Translations under genes and position numbers: made by a program
Assembly (NCBI GenBank): GCA_904420565.1
Contig: CAJFVV010000046.1
Coordinates: forward strand, 948 to 64,947
DNA length: 64,000 nt
Reading direction: 5' to 3'
Source of the DNA: Candidatus Pseudoscillospira faecavium
GTDB taxonomy: Bacteria; Bacillota; Clostridia; Oscillospirales; Oscillospiraceae
Part shown: piece by piece, positions 1 to 10,465 of the stretch
How the letters are laid out: every line of letters begins with the position of its first letter
How positions within the stretch are numbered: position 1 is the first letter of the stretch
The notes under the pieces: model-generated
The model's database searches: none
What the model was told of the DNA's origin: nothing
What the model saw: the letters and a program-made list of their open reading frames with translations, nothing else

Positions 1-14
1 AAATCTCAAAAAAG

Positions 15-482
15 GTGGGATCCCCTTTGAAAAAAGTGACCGAACTCACTGCTGAACTGGCCGCACCTGTGGTTGCCGCCCAGGGCTGCGAGCTGTGGGA
101 CGTGGAATATGTCAAGGAAGCCGGCACATGGTATCTCCGCTTGTATATCGACAAAGAAGGCGGCGTCAGCATTGACGACTGCGAGGCAATCTCCCGCCGT
201 GTCAGCGACCTTTTGGATGAGGCCGATCCCATCGAGGGCAGCTATACTTTTGAAGTGTCCTCTGCCGGTGCCGAGCGTCCCCTCAAGCGCCCTTCCGATT
301 TCGAGCGTTTTATGGGCAGCCCCATTACAGTCCGTCTTTACAAAACCAAGGACGGACGCAAGGAATTTTCCGGCACTCTGGCCGGATATGAAAACGGCGC
401 TGTGCTGCTTGATACCGACGGACAAACCCTGCGCTTTGAAAAAGCTGAGATCGCTTTGGTTCGTCTGCGCGTGGAATTTTAA
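15..482 (+). CDS. rimP: Ribosome maturation factor RimP
   Basis: Motifs LWDVEYVKE, GVSIDDCEAISR, YTFEVSSAGAERPL; first gene of the nusA-infB operon. Start could be the TTG a few codons downstream. Confidence 0.95.
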   Translation: MGSPLKKVTELTAELAAPVVAAQGCELWDVEYVKEAGTWYLRLYIDKEGGVSIDDCEAISRRVSDLLDEADPIEGSYTFEVSSAGAERPLKRPSDFERFMGSPITVRLYKTKDGRKEFSGTLAGYENGAVLLDTDGQTLRFEKAEIALVRLRVEF

Positions 483-538
483 CATGCCCAAAGCGGGCCG
501 TATAAACTATATCGAGAAGGACAGGAGAATTGGAAGGC

Positions 539-1735
539 ATGAAAGTTGAAGAAATTTTTGCTGCACTGGATATGCTGGAAAAAGAAAAAGGCATTCCGCA
601 GCACTATATGATGGATAAAATCACTCAGGCTCTGATCAACGCTTATAAGCATGACCATCCGGATGTGGATAATGTCATTGTCCGTGTGGACGAGGAGAAA
701 AAGACGCTGAAAATGTATCTGCAAAAAACGGTGGTAGATACAGTGGAGAATCCCGGCAGCGAAATTTCCCGTGCCGATGCCAAGTCTATCGCAGGTTCCA
801 TCGGCGTGGGCGAAACTGTCAGCATCCCTGTGGATCATGTGGAATTCGGCCGCATTGCTGCAGGCAATGGCAAACAGATCATTATTCAGGGGCTGAAGGA
901 AGCAGAGCGTGAAATGGTCTACAACCAGTTCTCCGGGAAAGAGCACGAGATCCTCACCGGCACTGTCGTTCGTGTGGATCCGCGCAACGGCAATATCAGC
1001 TTGCGCATCGGCACCGGCACAGAAGCCACAGATGCCCTGCTCGCCGCCAGTGAACAGGTTCCCGGCGAAATTCTGACCGAAGGCCAGCGCTGCAAAGTTT
1101 ATATGGTCGAAGTACGCCGTGGTACCCGTGGTGCTCAGGTCATGGTCTCCCGGACGCACCCCGGCCTGGTTAAGCGGCTTTTCGAGCTGGAAGTTCCCGA
1201 GATTTACGACGGTATTGTGGAAGTGAAAAACGTGGTCAGAGAGGCCGGTAGCCGCACCAAGATGTCCGTCTGGTCCAACGACAGCAGCATTGATCCCATC
1301 GGCGCCTGCGTCGGTCCCAAGGGACAGCGTGTAGCCGCTGTGGTAGACGCCTTGAACGGCGAAAAAATCGATATCATCAAGTACAGCGAAAATCCCACGG
1401 AATATATCGCCGCTGCGCTGGCACCCGCTGATGTGGTGGACGTCTGGATGGCAGACGACGGCAAGGGCTGCCGCGTGATTGTACCCGATGACCAGCTTTC
1501 CCTGGCCATCGGCAAAGAAGGTCAGAACGCCCGTCTGGCCGCACGTCTCACCGGTTTCAAAATCGACATTAAACCCGAGTCCTTCCACGACGATGAAGCC
1601 GAATCCGCACCGCTTCAAAGTGATGACGATACTGCACCAACGGACACCGACAACAGCGAAGTGCCGCCGGCAGATGCCGCCAACGATGCTGATGGCGAAG
1701 AAAGTGTGCCCGCCGAAACCACAGAGAACGCATAA
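539..1735 (+). CDS. nusA: Transcription termination/antitermination factor NusA
   Basis: S1 and KH domains (VSRTHPGLVKRLFELEVPEI, REAGSRTK, LSLAIGKEGQNARLAARLTG); acidic tail; ATG 539 follows AGGAGA. Confidence 0.97.
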   Translation: MKVEEIFAALDMLEKEKGIPQHYMMDKITQALINAYKHDHPDVDNVIVRVDEEKKTLKMYLQKTVVDTVENPGSEISRADAKSIAGSIGVGETVSIPVDHVEFGRIAAGNGKQIIIQGLKEAEREMVYNQFSGKEHEILTGTVVRVDPRNGNISLRIGTGTEATDALLAASEQVPGEILTEGQRCKVYMVEVRRGTRGAQVMVSRTHPGLVKRLFELEVPEIYDGIVEVKNVVREAGSRTKMSVWSNDSSIDPIGACVGPKGQRVAAVVDALNGEKIDIIKYSENPTEYIAAALAPADVVDVWMADDGKGCRVIVPDDQLSLAIGKEGQNARLAARLTGFKIDIKPESFHDDEAESAPLQSDDDTAPTDTDNSEVPPADAANDADGEESVPAETTENA

Positions 1736-1764
1736 AACGAACGAACCTGCGGAGGCTGAAAATT

Positions 1765-2043
1765 TTGCTGAAACCAAAAAAAATTCCCCAGCGGCAATGC
1801 GTCGGCTGCCGCACAATGAAAAACAAAAAAGACCTGATCCGGGTAGTGAAATCACCGGAAGGTGAAATCAGTCTGGATTTCACCGGAAAAAAATCCGGTC
1901 GGGGTGCTTATCTCTGCCCTGACGCTGCCTGCCTGCTGCGGGCACGGAAGGCAAAATCGCTGGAACGCGCTTTTGACACCCAGATCCCGGCGGAGGTCTA
2001 CGAGGCGCTGCAGGCGCAGATGGAGCACGCAGCCGATGCATGA
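1765..2043 (+). CDS. ylxR: YlxR/RnpM family RNA-binding protein
   Basis: KKIPQRQCVGC...GRGAYLC motif; conserved position after nusA. Confidence 0.93.
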   Translation: MLKPKKIPQRQCVGCRTMKNKKDLIRVVKSPEGEISLDFTGKKSGRGAYLCPDAACLLRARKAKSLERAFDTQIPAEVYEALQAQMEHAADA

Positions 2044-2446
2044 GGAACAACAGGAAGCTTTTCTCCGCCTGCTGGGACTGGCCAAACGCGCAGGGCGGGC
2101 AGAACTGGGGGAAGATGGCGTAACCAGTGCAGCATCTGCGGGCAAAGCCCGCGTGGTTTTTCTCGCCCAGGATGCAGCAGAAAACAGCATGCGCCGGGCC
2201 CGCCGCAGCATCGGAAGCGGACACGCCATACTGATCCAGGTTCCTTTCAGCAAAGAGGTTTTAGGTGCCGCCTGCGGCCGCGGCAGCTGCGCCATGCTTG
2301 CCATCACCGAGTCCGGTCTGGCGGCCGCGGCAGCCGCTAAGCTCGCGCTGGCCTTCCCCGAAAAATACGACGAAGCGGCACAGCTCTTGCGTGAAAAAGA
2401 CAATCGTATCCGCGCCCGCCGCGGCAAGAAACGCGCGCGGCAGTAA
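2036..2446 (+). CDS. L7Ae-family (YlxQ-like) protein
   Basis: LLGLAKRAGR...VFLAQDAAENS...SKEVLGAACGR; lies between ylxR and infB. Confidence 0.88.
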   Translation: MHEEQQEAFLRLLGLAKRAGRAELGEDGVTSAASAGKARVVFLAQDAAENSMRRARRSIGSGHAILIQVPFSKEVLGAACGRGSCAMLAITESGLAAAAAAKLALAFPEKYDEAAQLLREKDNRIRARRGKKRARQ

Positions 2447-2479
2447 ACAACATCAATTACATTTTGGAGGTGGCTTTAT

Positions 2480-4873
2480 TTGGGTACTTCAAATTTAACC
2501 AATAAAATCAAGGTGCATGATATTGCAAAGAGTTTTAATCTGCCTTCCAAGGAGATTATGAATATTCTTTCGGAATATTCTACACCTCCGAAAAGTCACA
2601 GTGCTGTGATGACAGAAGAAGAGATTTCTATCGTACTGGATTATTTGACGCAAAAAAATCAGATTTCCAGCATTGAGGTGATTTTTGCCGACTGTTTCAA
2701 AGACGCAGAGGAAACACCCAAGGCTGGCAAGGCGCCGGAAGTCAAGTCCAAAGACAACAAATGCGCTGCAAAAAATGCCGGCAGGAAAGAAGCCATCGTC
2801 CCAGAAAAGAAGGACAACACTAAAACCAGCGATGCCGAAAAGAAGCCCGTAGTGGCTGCCGTTGAGCACACCTCCTCCCGCATTCCCAAAACAAAAATCG
2901 TGGATACCCGCAAAGCTGCCAATGTCAATTTGGACAAATACGACGAACGCTTGCAGGATATGGCGGAAAGCTCCAAAGCCGGGCAGCGCGCCGGCCGCAT
3001 GCAGCAAGGCAAGGAAAAATTCCGCAACAACCGCCGCAATAACAATATGACTTTTTCCAACAAACGCCGCCAGGAAGAACAGGAAAAAATGCGCCGGCTG
3101 CAGCTGGAAATTGCAAAAAAAGCGCCTCTGAAGGTGGAAATTCCAGATGAAATCAGCGTCGGGGAACTGGCCTCCCGTATGAAAAAAACCGGCGCCGAAG
3201 TCGTCAAATGCCTGATGAAAAACGGTGTAATGGCCTCTTTGAGCCAAATCATCGACTTTGACACCGCCGCCATCATTGCAGAGGAAATGGGCTGCAAAGT
3301 GGAGCACGAAGTCATTGTCACCATTGAAGAAAAACTGATTGATACCGCAGAAGACCGTCCAGAGGATCTCCAGCCCCGCGCGCCGGTGGTTGTGGTGATG
3401 GGGCATGTCGACCACGGCAAAACCTCTTTGCTGGACTACATTCGCAAATCCAATGTCGCTTCCGGAGAAGCCGGCGGTATCACCCAGGCCATCGGCGCCT
3501 ACACTGTGGAGATTTCCGGCAAGCCGATCACTTTCCTGGATACTCCCGGTCATGAAGCTTTTACCGCCATGCGCGCCCGCGGCGCCATGGTGACGGATAT
3601 CGCCATTTTGGTCGTCGCTGCAGATGACGGCATCATGCCCCAAACCATTGAATCCATCAACCATGCCAAGGCAGCGGACATCCCCATCATCGTAGCCATT
3701 AACAAAATGGATAAACCCCATGCCGATCCTGAGCGCATCAAGACCCAGCTGACGGAGCATGGCCTGCTGCCCGAAGACTGGGGCGGCGACACCATTATCT
3801 GCCCCATCTCTGCAAAAACCGGCATGGGTATCGAAGATCTGTTGGAAATGGTTACACTGAAAGCAGAGATGCAGGAACTGAAAGCCAACCCCAATCGCGC
3901 AGCCTCCGGCGCTGTGATCGAAGCACGGCTGGACAAGGGCCGCGGTCCTGTCGCAACACTGCTGGTGCAAAACGGCACTCTGCATCAGGGGGACATCATC
4001 ATTGCCGGTACTGCCGTGGGCCGCATCCGCGCCATGGTGGACGACAAAGGCCGTCGTCTGAAAAGTGCCGGTCCTTCTGTGCCTGTGGAAATCACCGGTC
4101 TGGCAGAAGTCCCCGCGGCAGGCTGCACTTTCAACGCCGTAGCCGATGAACGCATGGCCCGCGAACTGGTGGAGCAGCGCAAAGCCGAAGAGCGCGCAGC
4201 CGCCAGCGCACCGGTGCAGAAAGTCACCTTGGAAGATTTGTTCAACCAGATCAAATCCGGCGAAATGAAGGAATTGAGCCTGATTGTCAAAGCTGATGTG
4301 CAGGGCAGTGCCGAAGCTGTGAAGCAATCCCTTGAAAAGCTGACCAACGATGAGGTACGCGTACGGGTGATTCATTCCGGCGTTGGTGCGATCAACGAAA
4401 GCGATGTCATGCTGGCCTCCACCTCCAAAGCTATCATCATCGGCTTTAATGTGCGTCCGGATGCCGCAGCCCGCGAAAGCGCGGCCCGCAGCAACGTGGA
4501 TATGCGCATGTACCGTGTCATTTATGACTGCATCAACGAAATGGAAGCAGCCATGAAGGGCATGCTGGCTCCCAAATTCCGCGAAGCTGTCATCGGCCAT
4601 CTGGAAGTGCGCCAGGTCTACAAGGTTTCCGGCGTAGGCACCATTGCCGGCTGCTATGTGCAGGAAGGCAAGGTACAGCGCGGCTGCTCCGTTCGTGTTG
4701 TGCGGGATGGCATCGTGATCCATGAAGGCACTCTGGCCTCTCTGCGCCGCTTTAAGGACGATGTGAAGGAAGTGGCTGAATCTTATGAATGCGGCCTTTC
4801 CGTGGAAAAGTTCAACGACATCAAAGAAGGCGACCAGATCGAAGCTTTTGTGATGGAGGAAATCAAGCAGTAA
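2480..4873 (+). CDS. infB: Translation initiation factor IF-2
   Basis: [16 protein letters not shown] and NKMD GTPase motifs; C-terminal [12 protein letters not shown]; TTG start after GGAGG. Confidence 0.99.
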   Translation: MGTSNLTNKIKVHDIAKSFNLPSKEIMNILSEYSTPPKSHSAVMTEEEISIVLDYLTQKNQISSIEVIFADCFKDAEETPKAGKAPEVKSKDNKCAAKNAGRKEAIVPEKKDNTKTSDAEKKPVVAAVEHTSSRIPKTKIVDTRKAANVNLDKYDERLQDMAESSKAGQRAGRMQQGKEKFRNNRRNNNMTFSNKRRQEEQEKMRRLQLEIAKKAPLKVEIPDEISVGELASRMKKTGAEVVKCLMKNGVMASLSQIIDFDTAAIIAEEMGCKVEHEVIVTIEEKLIDTAEDRPEDLQPRAPVVVVMGHVDHGKTSLLDYIRKSNVASGEAGGITQAIGAYTVEISGKPITFLDTPGHEAFTAMRARGAMVTDIAILVVAADDGIMPQTIESINHAKAADIPIIVAINKMDKPHADPERIKTQLTEHGLLPEDWGGDTIICPISAKTGMGIEDLLEMVTLKAEMQELKANPNRAASGAVIEARLDKGRGPVATLLVQNGTLHQGDIIIAGTAVGRIRAMVDDKGRRLKSAGPSVPVEITGLAEVPAAGCTFNAVADERMARELVEQRKAEERAAASAPVQKVTLEDLFNQIKSGEMKELSLIVKADVQGSAEAVKQSLEKLTNDEVRVRVIHSGVGAINESDVMLASTSKAIIIGFNVRPDAAARESAARSNVDMRMYRVIYDCINEMEAAMKGMLAPKFREAVIGHLEVRQVYKVSGVGTIAGCYVQEGKVQRGCSVRVVRDGIVIHEGTLASLRRFKDDVKEVAESYECGLSVEKFNDIKEGDQIEAFVMEEIKQ

Positions 4874-4959
4874 CTCTGCAGACCTTCTGCGCCGGGTTCG
4901 GCACAATTTGGCCGAATGCATGGGCGCGGATAAAACACAGCAAATCCACCGAAACTACC

Positions 4960-4993
4960 GCAGGGCGGGCACAAACGCCCGTCCTGCTTTTTT
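4960..4993 (+). terminator. Intrinsic terminator between infB and rbfA
   Basis: GCAGGGCGGGC-ACAAAC-GCCCGTCCTGC stem followed by a T-run. Confidence 0.7.
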
Positions 4994-5093
4994 ATGTGCG
5001 GTCCCTGATTGAAAACCCTGATAACAGCACAGACCGCCTGCCGGTTTTTGCTGCCGGCAAACACCACAGGACACTCCAAAAGGAGGTATTTTT

Positions 5094-5483
5094 ATGGCGA
5101 AAAATCGTATCAGCAGAATCAACGAAGAAATTCAGCGGGAATTATCAGCTCTGCTGCGCACTGTAAAAGATCCCCGGGTACAGGATACCATGATCAGCAT
5201 CACCCATGTGGATACCACCAGTGATTTGCGTTATGCAAAAATTTACATCAGCGCGCTGGATAAGTCCAAGGAAAAAGAGCTGCTCAAGGGGCTGCGCTCC
5301 GCAGGCGGCTACCTGCGCCGTGAATTGGGAGCTGCACTGCAGCTGCGCTACACCCCGGAACTGGTTTTCGAAGCAGATGATTCCATCGCCCATGGCGCGC
5401 ATATTCTGGATGTACTGCGCACCATTGAAGCCCGCGAAGCCCTTGGGGAAGAAACGCAGAATAATGAGGAGGCAAAATCATGA
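5094..5483 (+). CDS. rbfA: Ribosome-binding factor A
   Basis: RISRINEEIQRELS, KDPRV, LRYTPELVFEADDSI; AGGAGG RBS. Confidence 0.97.
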   Translation: MAKNRISRINEEIQRELSALLRTVKDPRVQDTMISITHVDTTSDLRYAKIYISALDKSKEKELLKGLRSAGGYLRRELGAALQLRYTPELVFEADDSIAHGAHILDVLRTIEAREALGEETQNNEEAKS

Positions 5484-6427
5484 CCATTGCACAAACTGCT
5501 GCGTTGCTCCAATCCAAGGACCACTTTTTAATTTTGACCCATGTCCGCCCGGACGGCGACACGGTCGGCTGTGCTGCCGCTCTGTGCGCCGCGCTGCAAA
5601 ATATAGGTAAAACGGCATATGTATTGCCCAATCCGGAACTGACTTCTATCTGCGCCGACTATGTCGCGCCCTATCATGCGCCGGATGGCTACTGCCCCGA
5701 CTATGTCATCTCCGCCGACATTGCCAGTCTGGGCCTGCTTCCTGAAAATGCAAAGCCTTATGCCGACCGGATCGACTTTGCCATTGACCACCATCCCTCA
5801 TACGAAGGGTTTGCCCGGGAAGGCTGCTGCGTACAGAGCGACAAGGCGGCCGCCGGGGAAATTGTCTATGAAATCGTGCAGGCTTTGGGCCCTGTTACAC
5901 CAGAGATTGCCACCGCGCTTTACTGTGCGGTTTCCACCGATACCGGTTGTTTTGTTTACAACAACACCACCGCCAATACCCATCGGGTTGCCGCAGCGCT
6001 GATTGATGCCGGCTGCGATGTACAAGGCGTCAATAAACGCCATTTCCGCACCAAAAGCCGCGCGCGCATTGCGTTGGAAAGCGCAATCATGTCCTCTGTC
6101 GCTTTTTACGATCACGACCGGATTGCTGTGGTGATGGTGCCCCAGGCATTGCTCCGCTCTGTAAACGCCTCTTTGGACGATGCAGAAGAAATCGCCTCCA
6201 TGGCCGGTGTTATTGAAGGCGTTGACTGCGCCCTGACCGTACGAGAACTGGCAACCGGGCAAAGCAAAATCAGCCTGCGCACCGGCGAGCGTATCAACGC
6301 CACCGAAGCCTGCCGTCTTCTGGGCGGCGGCGGTCATGCCCAGGCAGCGGGCGCAACTCTGGACTGCTCCCTGGAAGCCGCCAGAGACAAAGCCCTGGCG
6401 GCCATCGCTCAGGTTGCAAAAGGGTGA
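5480..6427 (+). CDS. nrnA: DHH/DHHA1 phosphoesterase (NrnA-like)
   Basis: HVRPDGD, IDHH, STDTG and GGGGHAQAAG motifs. Confidence 0.9.
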   Translation: MTIAQTAALLQSKDHFLILTHVRPDGDTVGCAAALCAALQNIGKTAYVLPNPELTSICADYVAPYHAPDGYCPDYVISADIASLGLLPENAKPYADRIDFAIDHHPSYEGFAREGCCVQSDKAAAGEIVYEIVQALGPVTPEIATALYCAVSTDTGCFVYNNTTANTHRVAAALIDAGCDVQGVNKRHFRTKSRARIALESAIMSSVAFYDHDRIAVVMVPQALLRSVNASLDDAEEIASMAGVIEGVDCALTVRELATGQSKISLRTGERINATEACRLLGGGGHAQAAGATLDCSLEAARDKALAAIAQVAKG

Positions 6428-6437
6428 GGGGTTTTCT

Positions 6438-7325
6438 ATGCCTGACGGGATTCTGATCATCGACAAACCTGCAGACTGGACATCCATGGATGTGTGTGCC
6501 AAGCTGCGCGGCGTATTTCATGAAAAGCGCATCGGTCACGGCGGTACCTTGGATCCCATGGCCACCGGTGTGCTTCCGGTATTCATCGGCCGTGCCACCC
6601 GCGCAGTGGAATTTGCGGAAAAAGGCGACAAGGAGTACCTTGCCCTGCTGCGCCTAGGGGTTGTCACCGATACACAGGACAGCTCCGGCACAATATTGTC
6701 ACAGCAGCCTGTCGCCTGCTCCAGGCAGGATCTGGAAGCTGTTCTGCCCTGCTTTACCGGAGAAATTCAGCAGATTCCACCTATGTACTCCGCTGTCAAA
6801 ATCAATGGCCAAAAGCTTTACCAATTAGCCCGCAAAGGGCGGGAAATTGAACGTCCTGCCCGAACGGTTACCATTCGTGCGCTGGAATTGCTGGAAAGCA
6901 GCGCTCCCAACGAATATCAGCTGCGGGTCCGCTGTTCCAAAGGTACTTATATCCGCACGCTGTGCCACGATATCGGCCAAGCGCTCGGCTGCGGCGCAGT
7001 GATGGCCGCTCTGCGCCGTACCATGGCCTGCAGTTTTTTGCTCAGCGAAGCCATTGCGCTGGAACAGGTCCTTGCCGCCGAAACGCCGGAGGCGCTGCTG
7101 CGCCCTGTTGATACGCTTTTTTCCGATTATCCTGGACTGTCTCTCTCTCCCGCTGCAGAAAAAAAAGTACGCAACGGCGCACAAATTTCTGCTCCCGGTG
7201 CGCTGTCCAGCGGCACATACCGCTTGTATGGCACAGACGGCACCTTCCTCGCTCTCAGCCGTTGTGACGGCCAAAAGCTGGTCACAATCAAAAGTTTTTT
7301 TAACACACAAGTGCAGGTGAATTGA
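6438..7325 (+). CDS. truB: tRNA pseudouridine(55) synthase
   Basis: IGHGGTLDPMATGVLP, QIPPMYSA, CSKGTYIRTL. Confidence 0.97.
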   Translation: MPDGILIIDKPADWTSMDVCAKLRGVFHEKRIGHGGTLDPMATGVLPVFIGRATRAVEFAEKGDKEYLALLRLGVVTDTQDSSGTILSQQPVACSRQDLEAVLPCFTGEIQQIPPMYSAVKINGQKLYQLARKGREIERPARTVTIRALELLESSAPNEYQLRVRCSKGTYIRTLCHDIGQALGCGAVMAALRRTMACSFLLSEAIALEQVLAAETPEALLRPVDTLFSDYPGLSLSPAAEKKVRNGAQISAPGALSSGTYRLYGTDGTFLALSRCDGQKLVTIKSFFNTQVQVN

Positions 7326-7326
7326 T

Positions 7327-8244
7327 TTGGAAACAACCGCTTCTCCCCGCCGCGCCATCGCCCTGGGATTTTTTGACGGAATCCACCGGGGCCATGGCAT
7401 GCTGCTGAACAAAGCGCTCCAACGCGCACAGGAACTCTCCCTTTCCCCCGCGGTTTTCACTTTTGACCGCCATCCCAGCGATCTGTATGCCGACACGCCG
7501 ATCAAGCTGATCAACTCCGCCCAGGATCGTGCCGATCTGATCCACCGTCTCTACGGCATTGCCGATGTCATTTTCTCCCATTTTGACGAGGCGATGATGC
7601 ATATGTCCTGGGAAGATTTCATCACAAACATGCTGTATAACGAATGTGGTGCCCGCCATTTAGTTTGCGGCGAGGATTTTCACTTCGGTTACCGCGGAGA
7701 AGGTACCCCGGACAAGCTGCAGGCAAAATGCGCTGAGCTCGGCATTCGCTGCGATGTCATTCCCCTGTTGGAGCTGGACGGTATCAAAGTAGGGTCCACA
7801 TATATCCGCACACTCCTGTTCGACGGCAATATGGAGCGTGCCATGGAATTTTTAGGCCATCCCCACTGTTTGTCCCAAACCGTGGAACACGGCAGGCATT
7901 TGGGCAGCACCATCGGCATCCCCACTGTGAATCTGACTGTCCCCCCCCATGTGCTTACACCGGCCCATGGTGTATACGCATCTCAGGTGCAAATCGGTAC
8001 TGCACGCTATATGGGCGTCACCAATGTCGGTGTGCGCCCCACAGTGGATCAATCCGACCGCGTAACTGTGGAAACCTTTATTTTGGATTTTGACGGCGAT
8101 TTATATGGCCAGTCTCTGCGTGTAGACTTTTACCGGCGGCTGCGTGCAGAGCGCAAATTTGATTCTCTGGAGAGGCTGAAAGACCAGATTCAGCGGGATA
8201 TTGCCTCTACCCGCAACTACTTTTCTCAACATCCGCAGATATAA
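7327..8244 (+). CDS. ribF: Bifunctional riboflavin kinase/FAD synthetase
   Basis: ALGFFDGIHRGH, GEDFHFG, GIPTVN, NVGVRPT. Confidence 0.96.
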   Translation: METTASPRRAIALGFFDGIHRGHGMLLNKALQRAQELSLSPAVFTFDRHPSDLYADTPIKLINSAQDRADLIHRLYGIADVIFSHFDEAMMHMSWEDFITNMLYNECGARHLVCGEDFHFGYRGEGTPDKLQAKCAELGIRCDVIPLLELDGIKVGSTYIRTLLFDGNMERAMEFLGHPHCLSQTVEHGRHLGSTIGIPTVNLTVPPHVLTPAHGVYASQVQIGTARYMGVTNVGVRPTVDQSDRVTVETFILDFDGDLYGQSLRVDFYRRLRAERKFDSLERLKDQIQRDIASTRNYFSQHPQI

Positions 8245-8270
8245 AAAGAAAGCACTCTGCAAAATAGCGA

Positions 8271-8310
8271 AAAAAGTGCAGCCAGGCATTGTTGCCTGGC
8301 TGCACTTTTT
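8271..8310. terminator. Bidirectional intrinsic terminator
   Basis: AAAAAGTGCAGCCAGGCA-TTGT-TGCCTGGCTGCACTTTTT between convergent genes. Confidence 0.85.
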
Positions 8311-8338
8311 CAGGAAAAGCAGAGCAGTTGAAAACAGA

Positions 8339-9067
8339 TCAATCCGAATCCGTTTCTTCATCCTCTTTCAATGCTTCCACCAGCCGATACCCAACACCGA
8401 TTTCCGTCAAAATATACTTGGGCTGGGCTGGATTCTTTTCAATTTTATGGCGGATATTGGCCACATTTACCCGCAGGATCTGATTATCCCGGGAAGAATA
8501 GGGCCCCCATACATTGCGGCAAATGTATTCATACGTCAGCACACGCCCCGCATCCTTGCACAGCAGCGCCAAAATCTTGAATTCGATTTGTGTTAAATGG
8601 ACATCCTTTCCATCTACCGTAACCACACGTTTGCCAAAATCTACCCGCAGCCCTCCTACATTGTAGACATCCGACACCATGCTGCCCTGAACCATGCGCT
8701 CCGTATATCGCAGCGTAGCCCGCAGCCGCGCCAGCAGTTCCTCTGTGCCAAAGGGCTTGACAATATAGTCCCCGGCCCCGGCATCCAATGCTTCCACCTT
8801 TTCCGACTCCTGGCCCCGGGCAGACACTACAATCACCGGCACTGCAGACCAATGCCGCACTGTACGCAGCACTTCCAGCCCGTCCATATCCGGGAGTCCG
8901 AGATCCAGCAAAATAATGTCGGGATTATACGATGCAATCAGCGTGATTGCGCTGTGTCCGTTTTCCGCCGTTACCACAGAGTAGCCATTGGCAATCAAAA
9001 GGGTGGATATCATGTCGCGGATTCCCGCTTCATCCTCCACAACCATAACCAATCTCTTTGTACTCAT
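8339..9067 (-). CDS. OmpR-family response regulator (KdpE-like)
   Basis: VVEDE, ILLDLGLPDMDG, YIVKPFG; winged helix ending YILTEIGVGYR. Confidence 0.9.
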   Translation of the reverse strand: MSTKRLVMVVEDEAGIRDMISTLLIANGYSVVTAENGHSAITLIASYNPDIILLDLGLPDMDGLEVLRTVRHWSAVPVIVVSARGQESEKVEALDAGAGDYIVKPFGTEELLARLRATLRYTERMVQGSMVSDVYNVGGLRVDFGKRVVTVDGKDVHLTQIEFKILALLCKDAGRVLTYEYICRNVWGPYSSRDNQILRVNVANIRHKIEKNPAQPKYILTEIGVGYRLVEALKEDEETDSD

Positions 9068-9071
9068 GTGT

Positions 9072-10229
9072 TCATCTCTCCTCATTTGATTCGCTCGATT
9101 CCTTCATGGGCAACCAGAAGCGGAATTCCGCCCCGCCGTCCGGGTGATTGCCCGCCATCAGCATGCCCCTATGGGCCAAAAGAATTGCCATACAGGTAGA
9201 AAGGCCGATACGCAGCCCCCGGGAACTGTCGGTCTGGTGCAGACTTCCGTCAAACAGTTTCGGCAGATCCTCCGGTGCAATGCCCCTGCCATGATCCCGC
9301 ACAGAAAACCAAATTTTGTCTTTCCTCTGCTTCACGGAAACCTCGATGGGGGCTTTCACGCCCGCATGCCGCACTGCATTTTCCAAAAGGTTAATCAGCA
9401 CCTGCTCAATGAGCATGGCATCCATCGGCACCATCAACACTTGATCGGGAATGCGAATATGCACCTCCTGATCCGGGAAACGGCGTTTGAATTTTGTAAC
9501 GCTTTCCTCCAGCACTTCTTCTACCAATTCGTCCTGCTTTTTCAGTGTTACCTTGCCATCGTTCTGAAACCTTGTTACCGACAGCAGATTTTCCACCATT
9601 TGACAAAGCCACAACGACTCTTCGTGAATATTGGCGGCCAGCCTTGTCCGCTCCTCTGCAGAAAGGCTGTCACTTTTTTGCATTAAAACCGAACTGGTGC
9701 CGGCAATCGTAGTCAGCGGCGTGCGCAGATCATGGGATACCGCCCGCAGCAAATTGCTGTGCATTTTCTCCTTGGCCATGGCAATTTCCGCAGCAGACCG
9801 CTTTTCTTCAAGCTCCAGATTCCGCTGATACAGGGCATAGTTTTCCCTTTCCTGCCGGACAGCCCGGGCCGTTTCCCCCCGCAGCTGATAAGTTAAAAGG
9901 TTGATTAAAATAGAAACTGCCAGAAAACAGACAAAATCAATTGTATATCCCTCGATCTTCAGCGTGAAATACGCATAGGGATATGTAAAGAAGTAATTGA
10001 CAGCGATCGCCCCGGCCAAAGAGGCCACGATTCCATATATCATACGCTTGGTTACCCTGGAAATCACTGCCACCGCCAAAGTGAAAACAATCGGCGCATC
10101 ATTATCAATGCGCGTATGGGGCAGAATCATACTGCATATCGCCCACGCCGCCCCCAAGGCAACCGCCATGCTCAAAATACTGCAGGTCACATTATGCTCT
10201 TCCCAAATCTTCATGCATTTTGTGCTCAT
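9072..10229 (-). CDS. KdpD-like histidine kinase lacking the N-terminal sensor domains (4TM + HisKA + HATPase)
   Basis: NYFFTYPY TM motif, VSHDLRTPLT, NLLENA, DHGRGI; only 385 aa. Confidence 0.85.
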   Translation of the reverse strand: MSTKCMKIWEEHNVTCSILSMAVALGAAWAICSMILPHTRIDNDAPIVFTLAVAVISRVTKRMIYGIVASLAGAIAVNYFFTYPYAYFTLKIEGYTIDFVCFLAVSILINLLTYQLRGETARAVRQERENYALYQRNLELEEKRSAAEIAMAKEKMHSNLLRAVSHDLRTPLTTIAGTSSVLMQKSDSLSAEERTRLAANIHEESLWLCQMVENLLSVTRFQNDGKVTLKKQDELVEEVLEESVTKFKRRFPDQEVHIRIPDQVLMVPMDAMLIEQVLINLLENAVRHAGVKAPIEVSVKQRKDKIWFSVRDHGRGIAPEDLPKLFDGSLHQTDSSRGLRIGLSTCMAILLAHRGMLMAGNHPDGGAEFRFWLPMKESSESNEER

Positions 10230-10308
10230 GGCCGTTCTCCTTCGCTTTTATTATACTCACTACTTTGCAAAAATTTTATCAAAGTTTTTTTAATTTCGCA
10301 AGTATATG

Positions 10309-10345
10309 CAAAAAAAGGCGGATGCAAACGCATCCGCCTTTTGCG
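10309..10345 (-). terminator. Intrinsic terminator downstream of the first atoE-like gene
   Basis: AAAAGGCGGATGC-AAAC-GCATCCGCCTTTT hairpin. Confidence 0.7.
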
Positions 10346-10465
10346 TGTGTATAAAAATATCCTTTGCAAACCAGGCCGCTCAGAGCCTGTTGCAGTTTCC
10401 TCGTCTTCAGGACCTTTGCAGCGGAGCTGCGCTGTAAAGGTTTTCTTAAGAAGCGGTTTTCCGGA

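Noticed and set aside
2495-4921. 808-aa antisense ORF opposite infB, and similar long shadows of nusA, atoE, ntpA, rnfC and ilvB
   Set aside because: Mirror frames of GC-rich coding genes with no recognisable domains.
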